A DNA stretch of 22,213 nucleotides from Thermotogota bacterium (lineage in GTDB: Bacteria; Bipolaricaulota; Bipolaricaulia; UBA7950; UBA9294): assembly GCA_039679545.1 (NCBI GenBank), contig JBDKUT010000142.1, forward strand, positions 1-22,213, given 5' to 3'. Position 1 is the stretch's first letter. Every line of letters starts with the position of its first letter. Under the pieces are notes generated by a model. The model made no database searches. It saw only the letters and a program-made list of their open reading frames with translations, and had not been told where the DNA came from. Below, piece by piece: positions 1 to 7,296 of the stretch. Made by a program: the position numbers and the translations under genes.

Positions 1-571
1 GCAGCGGGTCGTAGGCGCTGGCCCCGTCCAGCGCGTTCACCGCGGCGGCAAGGTTCGCCACCGTCGCCTGGCTGTTCAAGAGCCACGTCATGTTCCCAGA
101 GTTCCACCCGCCGACGTTCCGCAGCCAGGAGTACATCGACTGAGCATCGTCGTCCGTAAACGAGAGGTCAGGAAGCCCCGAGGAAGCGGAATAGTCAGCA
201 ACTCCCACAATGATGGCGTAGCTCTTGCCTTGATGGGCGACAATCTGGCCGGTCGCTGAGCTTCCTTCCCCACTGTCATCCCTCACGGTCAGCGTCACGG
301 AGTACGTTCCCGCGGCCGTGTAGGCATGGCTTGTCGTTCCACCCGATCCCGTCTCGCCGTCGCCGAAGTTCCACGAGTAGGACGACACGTACCCGTCGGG
401 GTCGTAGGAGTCCGTTGCGTCGAAGGCTACGTAGAGGGGGGTCCCGCCTTCCGCTGGCGTGGCGGTGTACGTCGCCACAGGCAGCTCGTTGGGAAAGAGG
501 AAGCACCCCCCGAGAAGGAGGGACGCCGCAAGCCCAAGTCCGAGCAGAATGCTTCGTGCGCCGAGTCTCAT
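1..571 (-). CDS. Lipoprotein with a PKD domain followed by a caspase-like (peptidase C14) domain; 3' end runs off the window
   Basis: Missing from the ORF track, so translated by hand from ATG 571 (AAAGGAG upstream): MRLGARSILLGLGLAASLLLGGC (lipobox) FLFPNELPVA..FDATDSYDPDG..YSWNFGDG..SHAYTAAGTYSVTLTVRDD (PKD) ..SYAIIVGVADY..LPDLSFTDDDAQSMYSWL (C14-like N-terminal strand and helix). Open to base 1. Confidence 0.85.
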   Translation of the reverse strand, partial: MRLGARSILLGLGLAASLLLGGCFLFPNELPVATYTATPAEGGTPLYVAFDATDSYDPDGYVSSYSWNFGDGETGSGGTTSHAYTAAGTYSVTLTVRDDSGEGSSATGQIVAHQGKSYAIIVGVADYSASSGLPDLSFTDDDAQSMYSWLRNVGGWNSGNMTWLLNSQATVANLAAAVNALDGASAYDPL

Positions 572-621
572 CGCTCCACTCCTTTTGCTCTCACACAGCC
601 TTGACGCTTCGCAGGCCGATC

Positions 622-803
622 GTACTCGCGGTGGACCGATACGCCAACCAGCGACTCTCTTGGGGTCCCCACACCGGGTCGTGCGGGTCGAAGCTTCGAA
701 ATCCCTTTCCCAGTTGGGATCCCTTCGACCTCGCGTCGCCCCCGTCGTGGGGCTTTCACTCGGGGCCCCGGCAGGGTAAACTGGGGACCGTCACCGCGGG
801 TGC
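622..803 (+). ncRNA. Candidate 6S-like RNA (long rod with central asymmetric bubble)
   Basis: Hand-folded pairings: 622-633/792-803 (12 bp), 648-651/781-784, 654-658/773-777, 660-669/762-771, a bubble at 670-675/742-761, 676-693/723-741 and 701-705/716-720. Length is 182 nt. The many G-U pairs favour the + strand. Confidence 0.45.
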
Positions 804-956
804 CGCGCCCTCACGGAGGCTTTTGGCGTGGCGCGCGCTGAATAGGGACCAGCGGATCGGGTGCTCCTTATCTACCCGTGATCCTGGTGGGCGTTTCGTG
901 AAGGGAACTTTCGAAGAGGGGAGCGCAAGGAGCTCCGACAAGAAAAGGGAGTCGAT

Positions 957-1616
957 ATGCTGCGGCGTGTGGGCGTGCTACTGTGCGTAGTTGGTGTGCT
1001 GGCATTCGCTGTTGGTTGCGGGGGACCGTCCGAGAAGAGCTTCACGGACCTGTCCGATCAAGTGTCGGCGCTGAAGAAGCAGGTCACGGATCTCCAGACG
1101 TCGATTACGGGCCTCCAGACGAAGGTCGATGCGGCAACGCAGGCGTCGACGTCCGTGAAGACCGAAGTGACGAACCAGGGGACGCAGGTCAAGCAGTTGA
1201 CGACCAAGCTGTCTTCGCTTGAAACCGCGCTCCAGAATCACATCGATCCGCCGCTCGTTCTTGAGGTCACGACCCTGACGTCGCCGGTCAAGCAGGGCGC
1301 CAAGGTTGAGCTCGCCGCGAAGACGCGCCCCGGCGCTACCTGCGCGATTGCGATCACCTACCCGACTGAGACCAAGGTCACGGCTCCGAAGTTGAAGAAC
1401 GCCGTCGCCGACAAGACCGGCAAGGTCGAGTGGTCCTGGAAGGTTGACAAGAAGCTTCCCGCCGGCACTTACACGGTGAAGATCACCGCGACGTCGAGCG
1501 GCAAGACGACGACCCAGAGCGCCACGTTCACCGTGACGGCTCCGGAGAAGAAGGTCGAGCCCGCGAAGACCACGAAGAGCACGAAGGATACGAAGTCCAC
1601 CGGCGGCGGCAAGTAG
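957..1616 (+). CDS. Lipoprotein with a coiled coil, an Ig-like beta domain and a Lys/Thr-rich tail
   Basis: AAAAGGGAG SD, lipobox FAVGC, heptad pattern LSDQVSALKKQVTDLQTSITGLQTKV, Ig-like motif GKVEWSWKV..AGTYTVKITAT, and a strong terminator downstream. Confidence 0.85.
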   Translation: MLRRVGVLLCVVGVLAFAVGCGGPSEKSFTDLSDQVSALKKQVTDLQTSITGLQTKVDAATQASTSVKTEVTNQGTQVKQLTTKLSSLETALQNHIDPPLVLEVTTLTSPVKQGAKVELAAKTRPGATCAIAITYPTETKVTAPKLKNAVADKTGKVEWSWKVDKKLPAGTYTVKITATSSGKTTTQSATFTVTAPEKKVEPAKTTKSTKDTKSTGGGK

Positions 1617-1646
1617 TGGACTGAGCTCTCCTTTGTTCTTAAGTGC

Positions 1647-1688
1647 ATTCGGGGACGCTGCCTCCAGCGTCCCCGAATCTCTTTTCCC
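1647..1688 (+). terminator. Rho-independent terminator
   Basis: ATTCGGGGACGCTG-CCTC-CAGCGTCCCCGAAT (14-bp perfect stem) followed by CTCTTTT, 30 nt after the stop at 1616. Confidence 0.85.
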
Positions 1689-1737
1689 TATCGGTGTGGC
1701 TTCACGGAGAGACCCCAACCGTTCCGCGGTCGCCCGT

Positions 1738-2544
1738 CTACCCCGGATCGAGTCGCATCTTCCCGGCACCGCGGCGGCTGTGGTACGTGTCGAAATCGTC
1801 GTTCGTTTCGTGGAAGGCAATCACAATGTCGTACGTGGTACCTGGAACGAGCACCTTGTCCATCCGATCCCCGGAGTTGAGCGCCATAACGAACTCGACG
1901 TACGTTTTGCCCTCATCCTCGCGCCCCGCGGCAGCAAGGATGTCGTCCGTCCCGCCAAGGCTTGTGTCGGACGCGTGGGTGAGAGGACCGTTCCCGTAGT
2001 CGTCGCGCGTCCACAGCTGGCCGTTGCGCACGGCGGCAAGAACGAAGTTTGCCCCCTGCATCCGGTCGTCAGGGTCGAAGCCGATCGCCAAGTACCCGGT
2101 CCCCGGGCTGATCAAGCCGACGCGCAGGAACGAAGCGTCATTCGACCAGTGAATCTGAAACCCTCCAGCCTCCGTCGAGTGAGCGTACTCGCCCTCGCGG
2201 ATCACCCCGTCGACCGCCGCGGCCACCGGTCCCGCAAGGACGGGCGGCGTCTCTGGAGGCTCAACGACCGGAGCCAATGAGGTTGTCGCTGCGGGAGCCT
2301 GCACCGCCGTCGCCGAAGGCGCCTGGGTCGTCGCGGGCGCGGCTTGAACAGGCGGCAACGTGGGCTTCACGGTCGCGGCGGGTGCCGGCGCGGTCGCCGC
2401 AACCGTCTGCGCTGCCGAAGGTACGCTCGGGCCCGCCGCCACGCCCTCACTCCTCGGCGCCGTCAGCACCAGCACCAGTCCCAGAATCCCTACGGCGAGA
2501 AGAACGCCGATGATGATCAGCGTTTCCTTACTGATAACCAGCAT
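1738..2544 (-). CDS. Membrane-anchored DOMON-domain protein (heme-binding type) with a Pro/Ala/Thr linker
   Basis: AAGGAGG SD, N-terminal TM helix, low-complexity linker, DOMON motifs GYLAIGF..RMQGAN..DDYG..YVEF..YHSRRG with the Met and His heme-ligand positions present. Confidence 0.85.
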   Translation of the reverse strand: MLVISKETLIIIGVLLAVGILGLVLVLTAPRSEGVAAGPSVPSAAQTVAATAPAPAATVKPTLPPVQAAPATTQAPSATAVQAPAATTSLAPVVEPPETPPVLAGPVAAAVDGVIREGEYAHSTEAGGFQIHWSNDASFLRVGLISPGTGYLAIGFDPDDRMQGANFVLAAVRNGQLWTRDDYGNGPLTHASDTSLGGTDDILAAAGREDEGKTYVEFVMALNSGDRMDKVLVPGTTYDIVIAFHETNDDFDTYHSRRGAGKMRLDPG

Positions 2545-2578
2545 GCCGCCCCCTCCTTGTCGAGCTGTCCACAGATTT

Positions 2579-2607
2579 ACTCTAGATCATCGAATCGGAC
2601 GCGACAA
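2579..2607 (-). promoter_or_regulatory. Sigma70-like promoter for the DOMON 1 gene
   Basis: On the - strand, TTGTCG-17 nt-TAGAGT, about 35 nt upstream of ATG 2544. Confidence 0.55.
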
Positions 2608-2834
2608 CCACCTCAAGCACGAACGGCACCCACGGTGTGGAACCCGAAGTCCGCGGCCACAGACTCCGGTTCGTCGAAGCGAGGGGGCGCGGAGACCGAA
2701 GCCCGCTGCCGCGAGCCGCCACGGCCTACGTCCGTGGTGGCGACAAAGGCAGGTGGTGACCACGGACCCAGGACCGTGGACACATCTAGACACGCGACGT
2801 CGACACCGCATGCGTGTCAGCTACTCTTACCGCC

Positions 2835-4253
2835 ATGCCGAACTCGTCGAACGCGCGGTTCGTTCTCCTCGTTGCCTCGCTCGCCTCGTTCCTCGCCGCT
2901 CTCATGGGCTCGTCCGTCAACATCGCCCTCCCGGCGATCGGGCAGGAATTCCGCGTCGGCGCCGTGGCGGTGGGATGGGTGACCACGGCCTACTTGCTCG
3001 CGGTTGCGGCCGGCCTCCTTCCGTTCGGCCGGTTTGCCGACCTTCACGGACGTCGGCGGATCTTCATCATCGGCGCGGCGACGTACACGGCCGCATCCCT
3101 TCTCTGCGCCTTCGCACCGTCCTACGCGCTCCTCGTCACCTTCCGGGCTCTGCAGGGGCTCGGCGGAGCCATGGTCTTCAGCACGTCCACGGCCCTCGTC
3201 ACCTCGGCGTTTCCGCCGGAGGAGCGTGGGCGCGCCCTCGGCTGGAACACGGCCGCCGTGTACACGGGGCTCTCGCTCGGCCCGTTCCTCGGAGGCATCT
3301 TCACGACTCGGCTCGGCTGGCGGAGCCTCTTCGTCGCCAACGCGCCCTTGGGGCTTCTCGTCGTCGTCCTCGCCGCCTGGCGGATGTACGACGAGTCATC
3401 CGAGTCCCGCGGCGGCCGATTCGACCTCCCGGGCGCCCTCATCTACGCGGTCGGAATCGTCGCCCTGATGACCGGACTTACAGATCTACAGGACAGCTTC
3501 GGCGTTGTACTCCTTCTCCTCGGCCTCGCCACGCTCGTCGGGTTCGGCATACGAGAACTGCGGACCGAGAGCCCGCTCCTCGACCTTCGGCTTTTCCGGT
3601 CGAACCGCACTCTCACGTTCTCGAACCTCGCCGCGCTCACGAACTACGCCGCCACCGCAGCGGTGGGATTCCTGCTTAGCCTCTACTTGCAGTACAACCG
3701 CGGTCTTACCGCGGAAGCGGCCGGCCTCGTTCTGATTGCGCAACCCGTCCTGCAGACGATCTTCTCGCCACTCGCCGGCCGCATGTCGGACCGGATTCCG
3801 CCGCGCATCGTAGCCTCCGCAGGGATGGCGATGACGACGCTCGGCCTCGGCCTCTTCACCCTCCTGCGCTTGAACACCCCGATGCTGCTCGTCGTCGCCA
3901 CCCTCGCCTGGCTCGGCCTCTCGTTTGCGCTTTTCTCGGCCCCGAACACAAACGCCGTCATGGGCTCGGTCGACCGATGCTTCTACGGCGTCGCCTCGGG
4001 AAGCCTCGCCACCATGCGCTCTCTCGGGCAGATGACGAGCATGGCCGTGGCGATGTTCCTTCTGTCGCTCTACGTCGGACCCTCCGCCATCACCGACGCG
4101 AACGCGGCCCGGTTCTTGGCGAGCACGCGCGTCTCGTTCGCCGTCTTCGCAGGCCTGTGCCTTCTCGGGGTGTTCGCCTCGCTGGCACGAGGAACCGGCT
4201 GCACTCCAGCCGCACGCCCCACCTCCACGAGCGCGGACGACGCAAGTCCTTGA
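2835..4253 (+). CDS. MFS transporter, DHA2 (EmrB/QacA) drug:H+ antiporter family
   Basis: About 14 hydrophobic segments, VNIALPAI, WVTTAYLL, motif A GRFADLHGRRR, RALQGLG, and motif C G...GPFLGG. Start is ATG 2835 or GTG 2814. Confidence 0.93.
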   Translation: MPNSSNARFVLLVASLASFLAALMGSSVNIALPAIGQEFRVGAVAVGWVTTAYLLAVAAGLLPFGRFADLHGRRRIFIIGAATYTAASLLCAFAPSYALLVTFRALQGLGGAMVFSTSTALVTSAFPPEERGRALGWNTAAVYTGLSLGPFLGGIFTTRLGWRSLFVANAPLGLLVVVLAAWRMYDESSESRGGRFDLPGALIYAVGIVALMTGLTDLQDSFGVVLLLLGLATLVGFGIRELRTESPLLDLRLFRSNRTLTFSNLAALTNYAATAAVGFLLSLYLQYNRGLTAEAAGLVLIAQPVLQTIFSPLAGRMSDRIPPRIVASAGMAMTTLGLGLFTLLRLNTPMLLVVATLAWLGLSFALFSAPNTNAVMGSVDRCFYGVASGSLATMRSLGQMTSMAVAMFLLSLYVGPSAITDANAARFLASTRVSFAVFAGLCLLGVFASLARGTGCTPAARPTSTSADDASP

Positions 4254-4304
4254 GTCGTTCCCCCGTCTTCCGTAGACTCAAGTTCCATCAGGAAAGGAGC
4301 CGGA

Positions 4305-4775
4305 ATGCGGTCTCGAGTCAGAGCTTTCGCTCTTGTCATCACGATCCTAGCAGCGGGGTCTGCCTCCGCGTCAGCGAGTCCTGCGTTCGGTGAGCTCCTC
4401 ACCGAGGGGGCGTTCGGCCTCCTCGGCTCCGCCGCCGGCACAGCTTTCTCCATCGCCGCGGTCGGACAGCTCACACCGCTCGTTTCCTCACCCTTCGTCG
4501 GGACGGCCGTCGTCGTCGCAACGCTCGCGCTCGGAACCGGAGCGGGCGCCTCGGCCGGGGTCCTCGTGGCGGGCGACATCCTCGACCTCGATGCCCGGCC
4601 GCTCGCCTGTCTCTCGGGAGGTCTTCTCGGCGGCCTCGTGGCCGCGTTTGCCGAGCCGATCCTTTACCTGCTCGGCGTGCCCGAAGCCGTCGCCGAGTTT
4701 CTCGGGTTCGCCCTCCTCCCGATCCTTCCTGCCGTCGGCGCCACCGTCGCGCTCAACCTCTCGCTGCACCCGTAG
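4305..4775 (+). CDS. Hypothetical membrane protein (signal peptide plus about 4 Gly-rich TM helices)
   Basis: GAAAGGAG SD, signal-like N-terminus ending ASASA, hydrophobic Gly/Ala-rich helices. Confidence 0.75.
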   Translation: MRSRVRAFALVITILAAGSASASASPAFGELLTEGAFGLLGSAAGTAFSIAAVGQLTPLVSSPFVGTAVVVATLALGTGAGASAGVLVAGDILDLDARPLACLSGGLLGGLVAAFAEPILYLLGVPEAVAEFLGFALLPILPAVGATVALNLSLHP

Positions 4776-4915
4776 CCGACACCACCGGCCGCATCGCCTC
4801 CTCGTTTGCTTTCCCTTGTTGCCTAGTGGCTTTCCCTTCCTTGCTTTTCATGGTTGACTCTTCTAGTTTTCGCCAGGACATGCTCGTACAGTGGAGGGGA
4901 GGAGCGGAGGGAAGC

Positions 4916-5782
4916 ATGTCCAGGCGATGGGCGATCGGGCTCGGAGTCCTTGCAGCCGTGGGAGTCTGCGTTGCGCTCATCCTCGCGGCCGGCCTCTCGC
5001 CGGCGGATCGCTCGAACCGCGAGCCGATCTTCGGTGGCATTCCTCTCGCCGTGGATTCGACGGGCGCGCTCACGACTGAGGGCTTCGTCGTTCTTCCTAG
5101 CCGGACCTTTGTCGTGGGCTACGACAACGCCCGCATGGATCCCCTGTGGGTCTCCTACTGCGTGACCGCGCCGGTGCAGAGCGGCTCAGGCCGATCCCGA
5201 TCCTGGAAGACGGACGCGCGCACGACGGCCCGAGTCTCGGACGACGACTTCAAGTACACCGAGGGCGACTACGACCGCGGTCACATGGCGCCCAAAGCGG
5301 CAATGTATCGATCGTACGGCCAGTCGGCCGTGGACGACACCTACACCCTAACAAATGCCTGTCCTCAGCGTCATGCGTTCAACGACGGCGTGTGGGGAGA
5401 CCTCGAGGACCTTGTGCGGGAGGAGTACAGCGCCGCCCTTGACGAGGTTTGGGTCATCTGCGGCCCCGTGTTCGACGACTCGAACGGCATGGCTGTCCTC
5501 GTCAAGGATCGCACGCACGCCGACTTGCCGCAGAAGCCTGTCGAGATCCCAGACGCCTTCTACTACATGCTGGTCGACCTCGTCGATGGCTCCCCGCGTG
5601 CCCTTGCCTTCCTGATCGACCACGGCGAGGGCTACTCCACGGGCAACATCAAGACGAGACTCTCGACGTTCCTCGTCAGCATCGATCGACTTGAGCAGCT
5701 GACTGGGCTGGATTTCTTCTGGTCTCTCGACGACGCGGTCGAAGACCCACTCGAATCCGCTCCTGCTCCGCGAATGTGGTAG
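4916..5782 (+). CDS. DNA/RNA non-specific endonuclease (NucA/Serratia beta-beta-alpha-Me family), exported or membrane-anchored
   Basis: YDRGHMAP active-site motif, TNACPQ..FN..VWGDLE, V.GPVF, IPDAFY, IDRLEQLTGLDFF. N-terminal hydrophobic helix and GGAGG SD before ATG 4916. Confidence 0.93.
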   Translation: MSRRWAIGLGVLAAVGVCVALILAAGLSPADRSNREPIFGGIPLAVDSTGALTTEGFVVLPSRTFVVGYDNARMDPLWVSYCVTAPVQSGSGRSRSWKTDARTTARVSDDDFKYTEGDYDRGHMAPKAAMYRSYGQSAVDDTYTLTNACPQRHAFNDGVWGDLEDLVREEYSAALDEVWVICGPVFDDSNGMAVLVKDRTHADLPQKPVEIPDAFYYMLVDLVDGSPRALAFLIDHGEGYSTGNIKTRLSTFLVSIDRLEQLTGLDFFWSLDDAVEDPLESAPAPRMW

Positions 5783-5810
5783 CGGCCTGCATCACAACGC
5801 AGGCGACACC

Positions 5811-7202
5811 CTACGGCGCCGTGGAGACGATGCCGATCTGTCCGATCCCCGCGCTGAGCGTGATCTGCGCCGCGCCAGAGCCGAGCACAGTTCTGAGCGT
5901 TCGGCGAACGACGCCCTGCGGCGCGGCAACCACATCCGGGAAACCGGCGATGGTGAGCTCGCCCATTCCGACCGACGCCACGATGGTTGCCGAGACATCG
6001 GGGAGAACGACAAGGTTGATCTCTCCCATCCCGATGCGAGCCGTGAGCTCGCTCACTTGCGTTCTCGAGAGCGACAGCGAGCCGACGCCTGCGGTGACCG
6101 ACAGCGTGGCGGCTTGGACGTCATCGAGCACGATCTCCCCAGCGCCGAGCGAGATCGAGACCTCCGTTCCGGCGTACGACGAGATCTCGATCCGGCCGGA
6201 ACCGTCCACAACATCGAGATTCGTCCCCGCAGGAATGCGGATGGTGTAGTCGATCTGGCCCTTGCCGACGCTGCGCATCTCAATCCCCGTCGCGGCCTGC
6301 ACCACATCCACCTGTAGACCGTCGAGGTCCCGGGCACGGGCCGCGTGTCGCACGGCCTCCCACTCGATCACCTGCGCGGACGAGGTTTGGCTTCCCTCAA
6401 CGGCGTACGAGGTGATCTGAATCGTTCCCGCTCCGCTCTCAAGGGAGAAGCTCCTGCCGTTTCCGAGGTCGATGGATCCTCGGCTTGTCTCAGCTCTGTT
6501 CGCATCGCGCTTCTCGCCTCCGCCGTCGATTCCACCAAAGGCAAGCGAGAAGCCGAGGAACGGGCCGGAAAAGTCGAGCGACGGCGCGGGCACGCTGACC
6601 AGCTCGCCGAAGTCAACCCCGACCACCGGGACGAGGTATCCGATTCGTACTTCGAGCCCCACGAAGGCGAGAACCTGAGCTTCCAAACTCACGTAGGGAA
6701 GGACGAACCCGAACGCGCGCCCGATCTCGCGCGTTTCCACCGGCACGGGGACGATGCCGCGCCCTCCTTGGAGCGGAACGACGTCCCAGAAGGAGAGGTC
6801 GAGAACCGCGGCGCCGCCACCGAGAACGACTCCCACGGCGAGGACCGATGTCTCGTTCCCGCCGACGGCAAGCCCGACGTCGAACCCGCCGGCGCCGACG
6901 ACGAGCTCCGCCGAGCGATCGGCTCCTTCCGACTCCGCCACGACGCCGAAGCCCATTCCCCCGAACGCCATCCCGCCAATCAGGCCTCCGCGGCCGCCGC
7001 CGCCGCCGCCGACAAGAAACTCGTTCGAAAGCGGGCCAAGCCCGTTCTCCGACAGGAACGCGTTCACTCCCGAGAGGTCGGGGAAGAAGACCATGGCGCC
7101 GCCGCCGCCGAACCCGAAGCCGGCCCCCCCTCCTAGGCTACCGAGTGAGACGCCCAGAGCGACCAAGATGACAAGAGCTGGAACTAGGACACCTTTTCGC
7201 AT
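5811..7202 (-). CDS. Exported protein: putative outer-membrane beta-barrel domain fused to a DUF4097-like beta-repeat domain
   Basis: GGAGGAGG SD before ATG 7202, signal peptide, Gly/aromatic amphipathic strands ending DFSGPFLGFSLAFGG, then repeats such as LESGAGTIQI, VDGSGRIEI, SLGAGEIVL, TAGVGSLSL, SVGMGELTI, SAGIGQIGI. Confidence 0.75.
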   Translation of the reverse strand: MRKGVLVPALVILVALGVSLGSLGGGAGFGFGGGGAMVFFPDLSGVNAFLSENGLGPLSNEFLVGGGGGGRGGLIGGMAFGGMGFGVVAESEGADRSAELVVGAGGFDVGLAVGGNETSVLAVGVVLGGGAAVLDLSFWDVVPLQGGRGIVPVPVETREIGRAFGFVLPYVSLEAQVLAFVGLEVRIGYLVPVVGVDFGELVSVPAPSLDFSGPFLGFSLAFGGIDGGGEKRDANRAETSRGSIDLGNGRSFSLESGAGTIQITSYAVEGSQTSSAQVIEWEAVRHAARARDLDGLQVDVVQAATGIEMRSVGKGQIDYTIRIPAGTNLDVVDGSGRIEISSYAGTEVSISLGAGEIVLDDVQAATLSVTAGVGSLSLSRTQVSELTARIGMGEINLVVLPDVSATIVASVGMGELTIAGFPDVVAAPQGVVRRTLRTVLGSGAAQITLSAGIGQIGIVSTAP

Positions 7203-7296
7203 CGACCCCTCCTCCTGCTTCCGCAACACGGCACATCCTGCCGCGGGCGCCCGATCGTAGTCGCTCGACGCCCGACCTACGAATCCACCCGCTCGC

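Noticed and set aside
622..950. SRP RNA, tmRNA, RNase P RNA, cobalamin or c-di-AMP riboswitch
   Set aside because: Diagnostic motifs were not found on either strand (SRP CAGG..GNAA..AGCAG, tRNA-like ends, GAGGAAAGUCC, B12 box, CAGCUAACC).
2360..3679. Long alternative-frame or antisense ORFs (also 12115-13305, 15446-16438, 15837-16889, 9284-10567)
   Set aside because: They overlap well-supported genes, have the Arg/Pro-rich composition typical of GC-rich off-frames, and show no SD or domain motif.
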